Below are positions 46,906-60,870 of a DNA stretch of 64,000 nt, one piece after another. The notes beneath the pieces were generated by a model, which saw only the letters and a list, made by a program, of their open reading frames with translations, was not told the origin of the DNA and did not search any database. Source of the DNA: Nemertoderma westbladi. Its lineage: Eukaryota > Animalia > Xenacoelomorpha. The stretch is from NCBI GenBank assembly GCA_032718475.1, contig JAUCBJ010000365.1:7363-71362 (forward strand). The letters are read 5' to 3'. How positions within the stretch are numbered: the first letter of the stretch is position 1; each line of letters starts with the position of its first letter. Both the position numbers and the translations under genes were made by a program.

Positions 46906-48349
46906 TAGTTTTTCACTTTGTTCCCTGGAATACTACTACCAGTAGATGTTGGATACAGTATGGGGTATGATTGATAGTAAAAGTGGTTCTAAATGAGTGG
47001 TAAAATTGACAGCACAAGTAGGAAAGAAAAGTAACGACTAAAGGTTACTGACTGGTGATGATAACAGGTGTACAGGAGTATAAGTACATAGTATAAGAAC
47101 GTCCGCAATTTTAGGAAAATAAGTCATATTTGAAGAAAATTAGATTTTTTATGAAAATAAGTTGTCATTGATTTACACGCATACATGTATTTGTAGGAAT
47201 TAAGTTCATTTATGTATTCCTGAAACAGAAGTCAGCAACGACTTCAAGGTGGGATCAAACTGGTGACCTCCAGGTTGAATATCAACTTCACTGAGATTGT
47301 GTCTGATTTAGTCCAGCCTGATTCCCGAGCTAAACCAATGATATATTATAAATATACATTAGCCTGAGTCATTAAAACAAACTCACTTTCACCAATAGTA
47401 TATTCTATAGTCTATTCCTTGTCAAAACTCATCTTAACCCTGATCACAATTAGAACCAGATCGCCATCAATAATTCAAACTACCCACAAACTCCTTCAAT
47501 GACTTCTAAATCATTTCTTAGGAAAAAAAAAGGTAACTTCCTAAATTATTGTTGAACTTCATTAAATTTGGATCATTTTTCAATATTTAGGTCTTAATCA
47601 ATTCTTACATCGCTACATGGTGATTGTAACCAATCCCAAAGACGAAATTCTCCATCACCTCTCTGTAGGTAACATTATCCTCAGTTCCCTTTGCCATTAT
47701 TCATCCTTTTGCAGTTATTTCGCAATTATTACAGAATCCTACTAATAAGTACAAAACCTGCAACCTGATAAATTTATCCATTTTGATTCAAGATTCAGTC
47801 ATAACTAACTACATTGCATGCAATAATTAGAGTAGGGAATTGGCTCACCAGTAAAGTGTTGACCAAACATTCTCTCTATATAAATATATCTCTATATTTA
47901 ACAAACGCAACTGAAGCGAGTGGAAAATGTTGTTTTGTTAAATATTGCAAATTTGGACTACGTTTTAGTCACGGAGAAGTACTAGAAACAGGAATCAGTA
48001 TGATTTCCTGGGTAAGTATGTAAGCCAAAGTATTAAACCGATCCATCTTAAGGAATATAGCATCATATAGCACAATATAGCATCATATTCATTCTATTGA
48101 TGTGCTTATTTTCTCTAATTTCGATCGGCCATCGTAATTGGTAGGAATTTGGTGCATAAATATTTACTGATTTATATTATAGACCTGGCCCGTTTATTGT
48201 ATTTTTTGGTAAGTATTCTGCAAGTATTTGATGAACTATGTTTACTGGTATATAACCAGAGAGTGTAAAGGAGTACTTATATATATCATTATTTATAATT
48301 GGTGTATTTATTGTTTTTTGCTTTCACGTATTTGGTGAGTTTTGAACAT

Positions 48350-51300
48350 AGCATAGCATAGATAGATAGATTTATTTATACATTATGTAAAAACAATAAC
48401 AAATACACCAAACAATGTACCGGTATAAAGGTATTGCCCAACATAACATATAGGATTACCCCTAAAGCTTTGCAGCTTATTTCCAAGGGGGTCCTTTATG
48501 TTACTTGGTTACAAATACAATATTACACTACGCTAACCTAAAACCAATATAAAACGTAATTACACTATGTACATGTACAACTTTACCGAGAGCGTGACAA
48601 TGTCCGACTCAACGATAAAGATGTAATGTACAGAACAATTTATTATAAAACGTAATTACAGTATAAATAGTAAATAATTAATAAACTAATAACTCACTGT
48701 AGGACTATTGTACCTATTTTTACATTGCACACGGAGGTGAGATTTAACTGCAGATTTAAAAGAATGTTGATTATTTAGGTTTTTAATTTCATTAGGCAGA
48801 GCGTTCCAATTTTTTATGCCGTTAAAAAAGAAAGTATCAGATTCAAAGGATTTACAATTCGGGAGGTAGAAGTTTGAAGCACTAGCTCTGGTACTGTAAG
48901 AGTGTGTATCGCGTACTCTGTTGAATTTTTGTTTTAGGTAATTGGGACATTTACCATTATACACTTTATGCACATGGTTAAGGCGTAGCTGCTTAACTCT
49001 ACTATCTAAGTTAAGTAGTCCAGATTCAGAAAAGTCATCTGGAGTTAGGTGGTGCCTAGGTTTGTAGTCTTTAATAAATCGTACTACTTTATTCTGAGCT
49101 ACTTGTAATTTACATTTAAGCTGTTTGGTTAAGCCTTCATACCAAGAAGAGCACGCATAGTCCATGTGACACTGTATTAAAGAAGAGCAAAGTAACTTGC
49201 GGGAGTCGGTGTTCAAACTATTTTTATTTCTGTATAGAAACCTAAGCCTACTGTTAACTTTCGAGAAAATATTTTTCACTGTACTTTCTCCTGATAAGCA
49301 GTTATCCAATGTGGCGCCTAAATATTTAACTTCCTTTTTATTTTCAATCTTATGTCCATTACTAGTGACTTCAAACTTAGTTACCTTCTTTAACTTTCTT
49401 TTGGAACCAAACAAAATACTTTCAGTTTTACCGTAGTGAATGGATAGCTTATTATCAACCAACCACTCATTACAGGATTCTAGAACTGCACTTAACTTTT
49501 GGGAAATATGGATAGGATCTTTATGAGAGAAAATAAGAGCACTGTCGTCGGCATATAAAATGAGTTTAAAATCGGGATCTATACTACTTATCATATCATT
49601 TACATAGCATACAAAAAGCAGAGGACCTAATATACTACCTTGCGGTACACCACAGGTAATCTCTTGTACAGTAGACATCGATTTGCTAATGACTACAGTT
49701 TGACCTCTGTCTGACAGGTAGGACTTGAACCAGTCTATAGAACCTACACCCATCAGGCCTAACTTACCAAGCAGAATTTCGTGATCTACAGTATCGAAAG
49801 CCTTTTGTAGGTCCAACATTACCATACCAGTATATAAACCCTTTGCGTTATTACATCTAATTGTATCAGTTAAGTTAATAAGGCAGGTGTCTGTAGAATA
49901 TGATTTACGAAAACCGGACTGAAGTTCATAGATCAGATTTAGCCTACTAAGATGTGCCTCCAGCTGTAGAAAAACAGAACGTTCTAGAATTTTAGATACA
50001 ATACTTAAGATACTAACAGGTCTGTAATTACAGGGTTCTACTTTACTATTCTTTTTATACAGAGGAACAACCTTAGCTAATTTCAGTTCGTCTGGTACTA
50101 CATTATCTACGATAGAGTAATTAATAATAAAAGTAATAGGCACTTTAAGTACTTCAGCACCATCCTTAAGAAAACGGGCAGGTATTAGATCTAGACCGGT
50201 ACTTTTTGAGGCTGATAGGCTAAGTAGATTTTTAAAAACGAAATCCTCAGAAACGGGTTTTAAAAATAACTTTTCTGAATTTTGTATCTTTTCTAAATAA
50301 AAATTATTTAGAGTTTCGGACCCTATACTATATTTATTACTTGATAACGGTAATTTCTTAACTAAATTAGAGGCAACATTAGTAAAATAATTATTAAATA
50401 AATTACTAACTAGAGTATGATCATGAATCAGCTCACCGTTATCTTGCAGAACAATATTCGATTTAGATTTAAGGTTTTTATAACCTAAAGATTTTAGGGT
50501 AGACCATAGACTTTTTGGATTATCTTTATTCTCACTTATTTTGTTGTACAAATATTCAGATTTAGCTTTTTTTATTTCCCGTTGGACAAGGTTTCTATAT
50601 TTGCAGTAATTATTATAATCAGCTAAAACACGGTATTTCCTAAATTTATACAAATAGTTATCTCTTTCTCTGATATTACTAAGAATACCAGAGGTCATCC
50701 AGGGCTCAGTGCGTTGTTTAAGACTAATTTCTTTAATTGGTGCTACAGTATTAAGTGCCTTTAAAAATATATCTTTAAAAACAGTGTACGCAAGGTTAAT
50801 GTCAGCGGCCTTAAAACAGGGTTCCCAGTCAGAATTAACTAACAAACTTAAAAAGCGTTCCTTGCTGTAATTTTTCATAGACCTAACTGTTACTGTTTTA
50901 TGATCCCCGAAAAAAGATTTTTGTGTCTTTCTTGTGCAAAAAACTATAAAATGATCGCTTAGACCTATAGGTAAAACCCCAGATTGAGAAATAATATCGG
51001 TATTATTACAAAGGATGTGATCTAGTAAAGTAGAAGTTTTACTGGTAATTCTGGTAGACTCTCGAATAATTTGTTTTAAACCAAACAAATTTAAAATACT
51101 TTGGTACTGTTTACAGATGGTGGATGCTTTGTGATGGTAACAGATATTAAAATCACCTAAGAAATATATTTCACAGTCTGACCTAAGATTACATCAAATT
51201 GTATTTTCAAAATTTTGCAAAAAATCTGATTGTTTAGGGGGCCGATATAAAGTACCGATTAAAATAGGTTTAGTTTTAGGAAGTAAAAGTTCCACCAGTA

Positions 51301-52200
51301 AAACTTCGTCACAAGTCTCTAAATCTTCCCTACGATTAAAAGCTAAATCACATCGAATGTAAGTACAGACACCACCACCGTGTCTGTCCCTATCCTTACG
51401 TAAAACTACGTAATTATCAATATAAATTTCTCCATCAGAAACACTATCATCGAGCCAAGTTTCAGAGATTGTTAAAACTGCTGGGTTGGATTTATTGATT
51501 AAAATACGAATTTCGGAAAGTTTTGGAAGCAGAGATCGTGCATTTAAGTGCAAAAAATGCAGACCTTTTTTCTTAAAAAAATTAAAAGTTTCACTCTCAG
51601 CATCACTTGGAGTTTGCAGAGGCGATGTGAGAAATGAATCGTCGGTTTCTGATTCTAAAATTGTATCATGAAAGGGAAGTTCGGTAAAAATACAGCTATT
51701 GCAGAGAAAACTTGGTTCAAGATTGTTTCTGGCGGAGAATAAATTACTGCGTTTCCTACGGTAACATTTTAAATGTACAAATGTGTCACAACTCTCGCAT
51801 TGGACGATCTTACTCCGAGAGTTTGTTCCTCGTTGACAGACGGGACAGTTGATCTTCGGGGCCCGCGTCCTGCTGGGTCCTGGGTTGGTCTCAATATCCC
51901 CAGCCAGAGACAGTAGACAGAGTTTAGCGATTAGGCCTCTAGATCGTGGAGAGGAGACCCAAGATCTTCTTCCCCGACGAGAGCAGTAGAGGCTAAATCC
52001 ACTCGTCGACCACATCTCCGTCGATTCGGCGCGGCAGATTGAAACGGTAGCGACAGGGTGTTCCGCAAACCAGTCCAATACGGGTATTGGGTGGGTTGCA
52101 GGGTTACCCCGCGGATCGGATGGTTCTGCCACAACGAAACGACCCAGAACGATGAAAACTGTGGAGATTAAGAGCGGGGACATTGTGCTGTCTGGCTGTA
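48350..52200 (-). mobile_element. Near-intact CR1/L2-group LINE: 2A-like peptide, PHD finger, APE endonuclease, reverse transcriptase; one in-frame TGA
   Basis: ORFs 52183-51194 and 51088-48686 are in the same frame, separated only by a TGA at 51196-51194 ([20 protein letters not shown]). Motifs: LAGDIETNPGP, CxxC..CxxC..HxxC..Cxx[36 protein letters not shown]. The 3' UTR ends in AATAAA plus a (TCTA)n/(CTATG)n tail. Confidence 0.95.
48686..52183 (-). pseudogene. LINE ORF2 (APE-RT polyprotein, about 1165 codons) interrupted by a single nonsense codon
   Basis: Continuous reading frame apart from TGA at 51194-51196. Confidence 0.9.
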
Positions 52201-53514
52201 GTCTGACTCAGGGATAAAAACTGTATATGCCTAGTACCGGTATCTTTCTTGGTCTTATTGTCGGCAGGCCTACAGCTTTGAGCATTGATCATAACGCATA
52301 CAGGAATCACCTTTGCAAACTTAAGTCCCCTATGTGTTAAGTCCCCTAAGCACCCTATGTGTTGTTGGATCTTGAAAGACGTAGACGTTCGTTTTCTACT
52401 GTAAGTCGGGTACAATAGGTAAATTCCCGCGGCAATAATTTTAGATTGGTCGGGTCAGATAATAGATGGGATCTCATATTTACCGTAAAACATCTTACTG
52501 CAAGTCTGCCTACTGTGAATTACCGGTATCTGATTTGCTTGGCTTCATAGTGTATTAAGTAAATGCTTGATTGTTTTGTAGGCCTCATTTTACCCCCTAT
52601 CTTATTCATATTTCCATTATTGGAACACATAAAGTAGTTTATTTCCTTGTGGAAGGAAATATCGCTTTATTCCCGATGAATTACCTTTCATACTTGGTTT
52701 TACGGAATTAAAGCGCAGAAGTTCGACTGGCCCATCAAAAATATTCAAAACATAGTCTTTGGATGAATCGTGGGGCACTTTCGTTTCTTCAATCATGTAT
52801 CGAACTGTTATTTATCGACTTACCATTCACACAGACTTATTGGTTCGAATTTCTAAGTGGATCAGAACCACTTTATGCGGTCTTAGCCCGTCAACAGATC
52901 GTTATATTCTATACTCGGCAATATAAGTAAGAGTCCAAGGTAGTGTATTTTCGACAATCACAGGGACGCATTCTACTAACCGTATCTATTGTTTTATTTG
53001 TACTATTAACATTTGTCTCTTTACCGGTTTCGACGTCCTAAACGATCGAAACATTTGCAAATTTCCCTGGTAAATTCCCACAGTCTTATTGTTCTGCCAA
53101 TTTTTGTTTTTTACATGTACTACAATAAAGTAAACTCTAAGTTTACGCCACTTCCGTTGTAACGTAGGTATTTAGGTATAAGTAACGTTTTGTATTTATT
53201 TTTATGAGTTGTGCGGTTTTTATTTCCAAGATTATTATTTCATAATAAATATCAAGGAACCTTTAACCGATATACATACATATCATCGAGCTATTTAAAA
53301 TTTCAGCTCATATATTCACCCTCAGATCCAATATTTACAACTTGGACCTCTGTCAGCGTAATATTTCAAAAACCAATATATTTCTTGGGAGGAACTATTT
53401 GCCGTCTCTGCAAGCAATATCGTATCACATGACTTGTCCTACCTCTGCGTAACCATTGACTACAGCCTAGGCTTATTCTCCCTACCCAGTCGGTTACTGC
53501 CATAGGTAGGCCGT

Positions 53515-54730
53515 ATTAGAAGGATAATTGAAGAGTTATCAAAAAAGAAAGACAGGCTTCTGGCTGTTATCTTTGTTGACTTCTTCAAGGCCTTTGATTC
53601 AGTCTCCCGCTCACGTATGTTCAGCATACTTTTATTATATAGGATTCCTGATGAAATTATTGCAGCAATCAGATCAGTATACGATGGTTCGACAACATTT
53701 CTGTCTACTGTTGACGGTGACACAGAACCATTTGAAGTGTTATGGGGCGTCCTCCAGGGAGACACACTTGCACCATTCTTGTTCATAATTGTTGTTGACT
53801 ATGTTCTACGCATGTCCTTAGATCATCATAATGATGATGGGGTGATGATAACTCCACCTACTGGCTCCAGAAGTCGAGGAAATCCTGCCAAGTACCTAAC
53901 TGATCTAGACTTTGCTGATGACTTAGGAGTACTCTCAGAATCACTAGAGGGAGCCCAACGGCTCCTCAGTTCATTAGAACATGCTGCTTCTAGTGTTGGT
54001 CTTTTTATTAACTCCAGAAAGACCAAAATTTTGACAGTTAACTTTGAAAGTCCTCAGCAAGTCTCTGATCGGATGAGCATAAGCTCAAAAGATGGTATGC
54101 TTGAGCATGTGGATGACTTCTGTTACCTGGGATCATGGATACAGAAGTCAGATGAGGACCTTCGAATACGTAAGGGAAAGGCATGGGCAGCCTTGAATAG
54201 GCTTTCCAGGATTTGGAAGTCACCGAGAATTAATCGGAAACTTAAGGTCCGGTTATTTAGAGCAGCAGTAGTTCCAGTACTCCTCTATGGGAGTCCATGC
54301 TGGGCTCTAACAGCTGAGGACACCAAATCTCTGGATGGCACATTCACAAGAGTGCTACGCCCGGGTTCATTGTGTCAAGTTCAATGCACACATCTCCAAC
54401 CAGACACTATATAACATTGGAGGTGTCTCATTGGTTCCCCCAAGCTTGACACTAGAACAAAATCGCCTCCGCTTTGCAGGACATTGCTTTCGCCATGAGG
54501 ACCTGCCAGTGCATAATCTTGTACTTTGGCAGCCTCATGGAGTGAATAAGCATGGTGGACAGCCCATGACTTTCTTGAGACGCATCTTAAAGGACACTGG
54601 CCTTGAAGATGCGGATGATCTAGCAAATGTCATGGGTGATAAGGAGTTGTGGCGGTGCAATTTTGTCGATAAGCCGGCACAGCATTCTTAAAAATGCAGC
54701 TGCAATGCAGCATGCCAATCCTAGTAGTAC
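53515..54730 (+). mobile_element. 5'-truncated RTE-type LINE (second family), RT through 3' tail
   Basis: FVDFFKAFDSVSR, GVLQGDTLAPFLF, DLDFADD, FCYLGSW, RLRFAGHC, and a TAGTAGTA tail at about 54722. Confidence 0.9.
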
Positions 54731-55189
54731 TCTCCATAGGAAACATTGCTCAGCTTGTTAGCCCTCCACCCATTATGTTGATTGGGCGTATTACATAGGA
54801 AGGATTTTTACTGCATACATTCTATAGTAGTAGTTAACTGCCCTGCTTATACCACCTTCTCCTGTTGTTGGGCTATCTTACACAGAATCCAATAGGAGGT
54901 AATTCATTATCCTGTTGGTGCAGTGTTGCATGTAGTGATTTAGATCAAACAGTACCCCCCAGCGGTGAATTAGAATATTTATCACAGAATATTCTAACAA
55001 ATAAATTACCGGTCGTATCCTTATTGGTTATCGGTGATTAACTTGTATACTAAATCAACTTGATTTAATTCCATGCTATTTATTGGGTGCAATTGTAATA
55101 ATTATTTATAACAGATTATTATTGTTACAATAAACAGACGACAATAAAAGGGTTAATAATATATATTTTCTTCAAAATCAAATCCAATA

Positions 55190-58100
55190 AAATGTATTAT
55201 CGTTCAAATGTCAACATGAGCGCCTCAGACAGTTCCCATAGTGATCACACCTCCAACCTTGACGTGACTGCGATACCTCACCCCGATATTTTGGATTCCA
55301 ACCATCCATCCCTAATCGATAACAGAGATATCGAGGGGTATACACAGACAGAATCCGAGATTCATACGGGACCAGAAAAGGAAAAGACCATCTGGAAACA
55401 TCTCAAAACTTATATAAAGGAAGTGGGAGAAAAATAACTAATACGAAGACTTCATGGCCATCCTCCATCAAGCCCCACAACTAAAAGGACCCTAAGGGAT
55501 ATCGATAATGAAATAGAAACTGAATATCAATGAAAATTATCGATAGATCGTGACATAGAGAGAAATAAAAACAAATTGCAACAACTACAAGATCAGGCAG
55601 AGGACGAACGCTTGCTATGCGAACATGAACAACGTAAACGCAAACTGGAAGCGAAGGAACATAAATGCAAACTGGAAGCGGAGGAATACAAACGCAAACT
55701 GGAAGCGGAGGAACATAAACGCAAACTGGAAGCGTAGGAACTCGAAATTCAGTTTCAGGCTCAGCAAAAGAGAATGCAGATTAAAATGCAGCAAGAGAAT
55801 ATACTGAAGGAGATTGAATCGCTGGAAAAACAAGTCAGACTCCCAATTAAAGGAACACCACCAAGATAACTTGACCAAGGAATTTAGTTGTTATACCTCC
55901 GCCGACGAGTTAGATAAATCATCGGACAAATCTCGAACTTCCAGAAGCGGAAGATGCTTAGAACGGGCTGAGCATCATCGTTTACCAGAACTGCCACCTC
56001 AACATCATGCTAATCCCGTTAAAAATACTAACGATCTTAGAACTGACTCTGATAGTGATTTTTTCAGACCGACTAACACCCCTCTTACGGCTTCCAACAT
56101 TGTTCCCCGTATATTAATAAACCCCTCTAAGCCGAATGTAACATCTGTGGCTATGGTGACCCAAACCAAAGTTACACCCATTGGTATTTCGACAACTACT
56201 GTAGAAAGTAATCAGGCAGATAGTTTACAGCCTAAAACTTCTACAGTATATAGGGATAGAATAGTTACGCCTACAGTACGACCCAAACAGGTGCGACCAG
56301 TCCCAATACTGCCAGACAGAATGTCCAGCACTGCCTACGCCCACCCATTGAACACCCATACCCTGGGCTCAAGCCTGTCACGGTCACCTATTATTGACTC
56401 CTGTGACGGACATTATGCCACCTCCAGGCTGGTCGTGTCCATCGGCTCGGTTGAGTCAGTGAGGGATAGCGGGCCCACCAGGGCGATAGATAGAGTCGCC
56501 CGGGCGAATGAGGATTCCCTTTACAGGGAGAGATTGAATGAATCCTCATTAAATCTACAGGCCATGCAGGAGGCAGTAAATAATAAAATGAAACAATTGA
56601 ATAATATCGATTTTGAATTAAATCGATTAAATAAACAACGAGAGATAGTGAGCGAACAAAATCAGCGAGCATTAGAAAAGCAGCAACAGCAGCAGCAACA
56701 ACTACAGCAGCACTTAAAGCAGTTACACAACGAAGCCGCCAGCAACGAGCAGATCCAGCATCGACGTTTGCAGGAGTTGCAGGGCGAATCAGTGCACGCC
56801 GCTAAGGTTTTGGAGGATCTACACCAAAAGCTGGCTAATTCTCAGGACCTCCTGGCCTCGAACAACGCTGCTGTGATCAGGAACCCGGACTCTCCTGAGT
56901 ATCAGATCTAACGAGAGCCTCTAATATAAACGGCGTTGAAGCTGAAAATATATCACCCCTCCTATCTCACTCAATGTTAGAAACCCTGAATACAACACGG
57001 GTATACAAAATAACACACAACATATTAACAATCATTATAGACCCCCCCCCCAGACTAATGTAGCCCCCTGTGATAACTCTACATTTAATACTATGTTTAA
57101 TAGTACTATAGCTCAGGATAGTTTTACCCGGCAATTAGCGCGTACTGAAGCGCGTCAGGCAGTTAAAGTAGGTGAAATTATTAAGTTTGATGGAAATGAG
57201 TTAAAATGGCTTCCATTTAGAGAATATGTGAAGGACAGTATATTTAGTTCACCGTTACCCAATAGTGAGAAACTATGCTTCTTAATAGATTGTTTGGAAG
57301 GTTATCCAAAAAAATTAGCGCAAAGATATATCGGACATCCGCAGGGATTAGAAGAACTATGGAAACTGTTACATGATAGGTACGGAGATGAAGCTTCAAT
57401 GAAGCTTCAACGATTCTGTATCAGAAGTTGGTCAATCGTAAACATGTAATCACAACAGAAATTATTGAGTTTGTTGACGAGATTAAGGAAATTTGTAGAC
57501 AACTAGATTGGTTGGATAAGCACGAATATTATGATTTGATTCGATTTGATTCAAATTTCAAAATTAATCTGACTTACCTAATGTTGAAGTAGGTCTATCC
57601 CCACTGATAGCCCGCGCCAGGAACCATTATAGCTCATGGGATAAATTATGTAGGGCTATAACTATTCTGAAACAATTATTCCACTATAGATATAGTACTA
57701 ATAATATACCTGTAGTAGGCTTGTCACCCACTGAAGTTGATAAATCTAATTTACAACTGTTACGACTTTCACAGAAACTTGTGAGATTGATTGATTGAGA
57801 GATCCATTGGCGGATAAATTCTCAAGTACTATGATTAATGGATTAATTTGTGTTGGAGGTCATCTTACCAACGCTCCTATTTCTAGAGACACTATGTTCC
57901 CAATATTAATATTCGATCCCGAGATTCAAACTAAGTTGATACAGGACGTCCACTACAGACTATATCACGCCGGGAGAGAAAATATATTGAGTGAGATAAG
58001 GATGCGCTACTATTTAGTTAACCCTCGTGCGGCTCTGCACCAAATATTGCGGAATTGTATACCTTGCAAGAGGATTTATAGCAAACCAATGACACAGTCA

Positions 58101-58205
58101 GAAGCGGCACCCCCAAAGAAAAGAGTTGACTACTATCACCCACCGTTTAAACCAAAGGTACACTGTTTCAATCGACCAACCGGCCTGGCCGCCTTTGTTT
58201 ATTAG
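55190..58205 (+). mobile_element. Degenerate BEL/Pao LTR retrotransposon remnant (gag and integrase zinc-binding region)
   Basis: Coiled-coil/Q-rich gag N-terminus; IIKFDGNELKWLPF...EKLCFLIDCLEG...LHDRYGD (Pao gag-like); GLICVGGHL...HYRLYHAG...RYY...CIPCKR (Pao integrase HHCC). Fragmented, with RT missing. Confidence 0.78.
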
Positions 58206-59074
58206 AACTGGCAAGGGAACGTTCTGGTAACTACAGGCAACAACGCCATAGGCCAAGTAGTTTGACCTACACACTAGAGTAACGTCTTGTAGAAGGTTAC
58301 GATTGAGTATGTAATTATTTATTAGCCATTTAATATAGCATAGGTATTAGTATTAGACTACACTGCAGGTAGCAACAAAACCTACTTATGTTAATTGTAC
58401 GTTGTATATCTTGATCAAATATGCAACAATTTAAATTAACGACAAATTATTTGACTTAAAACTTAAATAATTTAAAATTAATGAGTAATTACTAACATTA
58501 GTACAGTTTGCATTACAGAAACACAACCTGTTATCATGGATACATAAAATAGTGACATTCTGGTAAATATTAAATGTCTTTTGAACCGTATTTGACGTTA
58601 ACTTAAATTAAAATACGCAAAATGAACTTTAAATTAAGCTAAATCGTGTGAATAATAAATATATCGTGTGAGTTCGTGTGAAGCGTATACAATTGTCCAA
58701 CCTTTCTTTGATGCGAGGATTATAGCAGACCCATTTGGCTCCGGACCAGTCCCCCGTCTCCCTGGCTTCATGAGAGTTTAGCATATAGCCACGATACTTT
58801 GGTACCGCTGGTAGTTGCGAACTCGCTTCTCGCCACAAAGGGATCGATCAGGGACTGCGTTGTGGTATGTGGGTGTCTGATTGGGGAGGTGATGTCCGCC
58901 TACCCACGTTGCAGTCATATATTCAAACTCGCACCTTGATATGTTAAAACACCCTCTTCCGATAAACGAGGTTCTCGGGAACAGCATGCTGAGAAGATGG
59001 ATACGATGATGGCTGATCTCACTGGTGAATCTACCAAACTCACTCAGAGTATGTCGCCCCGTATGGATGTGAGG

Positions 59075-60870
59075 ACTACTACTACTAGGATCGGCATGCT
59101 GCATTGCAGCTGCATTTTTAAGAATGCTGTGCCAGCTTGTCAACAAAATTGCGCCGCCACAACTCCCTATCACCCATGACATTTGCTAGATCATCCGCAT
59201 CTTCACCATGCTTATTCACTAAATGAGGCTGCCAAAGTACAAGATTATGCACTGGCTGGTCCTCACGGCGAAAGCAATGTCCTGCAAAGCGGAGGCGATA
59301 TTGTTCTAGTGTCAAGCTTGGGGGAACCAATGAAACACCTCCAATGTTATATAGTGTCTGTTTGGAAATGTGTGCATTGTACTTGACACAATGAACCCGG
59401 CGTAGCATTCTTGTGAATGTGCCATCCAGAGATTTGGTATCCTTAGCAGTTAGAGCCCAGCATGGACTCCCATAGAGGAGTACTGGAACTACTGCTGCAC
59501 TAAATAATCGGACCTTAAGTTTCCGATTAATTCTCGGTGACTTCCAAATACTGGAAAGCCTATTCAAGGCTGCCCATGCCTTTCCCTTTCGTATGCGAAG
59601 GTCCTCACTTGACTTCCGGATCCATGATCCCAGGTAACAGAAGTCGTCCACATGCTCAAGCATACCATCCTTTGAGCTTATGCTCATCCGATCAGAGACT
59701 TGCTGAGGACTTTCAAAGTTAAGTGTCAAAATTTTGGTCTTTCTGGAGTTAATAAAAAGACCAACACTAGAAGCAGCATGTTCTAATGAGCTGAGGAGCC
59801 GTTGGGCTCCCTCTAGTGATTCTGAGAGTACTCCTAAGTCATCAGCCAAGTCTAGATCAAACACTCAGGTATTTTAAACACCTCAGGGGGATCACCATCT
59901 ACTCCACTGGCACGATTGGTCTTAATGCTCTTTGCAGCAGCCTTCACTTCTGCAAAGGAGATATCGCCAATGGGAATATCTGGGAGTACAGACTCAGACA
60001 CTTTTACTTCTATAAAGTTATCAGGCAATACCCTGTCATTATTGAGGAGCTTTTCAAAGTGGGCCTTCCAACCATTGAGGCGATCAGCTGGTGATTCAGC
60101 CTAGCCTTGGTGGTTGGTTGGCTTTTCCGACCAGTAAGCAAGTTGATCGATTTCCATGCCTGGGATGATTGCCTGCTGTCGTCGGCATCATTGATGGCAT
60201 CAACCTGTTGGTTTATTAGCTCCTGTAGATTAACAGACTACTGCCTGTTCAGGGACCTAGATGCAGCCTTAACTGCATTCTTGGTCGCTGTAGTCTGTTT
60301 GAGTCGGGACTCTTTCTGCGCCTCATAGAGGTCATTTCGGCACTTCTGAATTTTGTTGTCAGTCCAGGGGGCCCTTTTCCTGTTTCGAGGGTATACAGGA
60401 ATTGTTTCTGCAGCTGCTAACTTAACTGCTTATGTGAAGGCAGTATAGATGAAGACAGTGATCTGCCGCTTCAGAGGCTAGAACATCATACCTGTTGCTC
60501 AGCTGTAGTGTGAAGCTGGATCTCACACTTGGCTTTTGCAACAGAGAGGACCAATCATGCCGCAGCAAGGCAGATTTCGTCGTTCTGCTAGCACGCAGAC
60601 TAAGTCTTACCTTGGCCACAATAAGGCAGTGATCACTGGAGAAGGGTCGGAGTGTAAATGCATTACAGTCTTGTATAGAGCTCCTGTATTTCCTACGAAA
60701 CAGGATATGGTCTATCTGGGACTTGTGACCACTGGGTCCACTATGAGTCCATAGCTTTCCAGTTCGCTTCTTGAACTGGGTTCCAGCCGAAAACAATCCA
60801 TTTCCAGAGATAAAATCCTGAAGATGGACGGAATTTCGGTTAACACTATTGCTATAGACCCAGGGCGATG
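59075..60870 (-). mobile_element. Internally deleted RTE-type LINE (same family as 53515-54730), endonuclease end through 3' tail
   Basis: SQIDHILF..SSDH (APE), then WKAHFEKLLN..ASGVDGDPPEVFK joined directly to DLDLADD (RT N-terminal half deleted). (TAG)n tail at about 59075-59089. Confidence 0.88.

Noticed and set aside
51194-51196. Programmed readthrough or selenocysteine TGA in the LINE ORF
   Set aside because: A single nonsense substitution in one copy is more parsimonious; no supporting signal is seen. It would need conservation across family copies.
55814-56911. 365-aa host gene candidate
   Set aside because: Low-complexity coiled-coil region continuous with broken BEL/Pao gag and integrase fragments.
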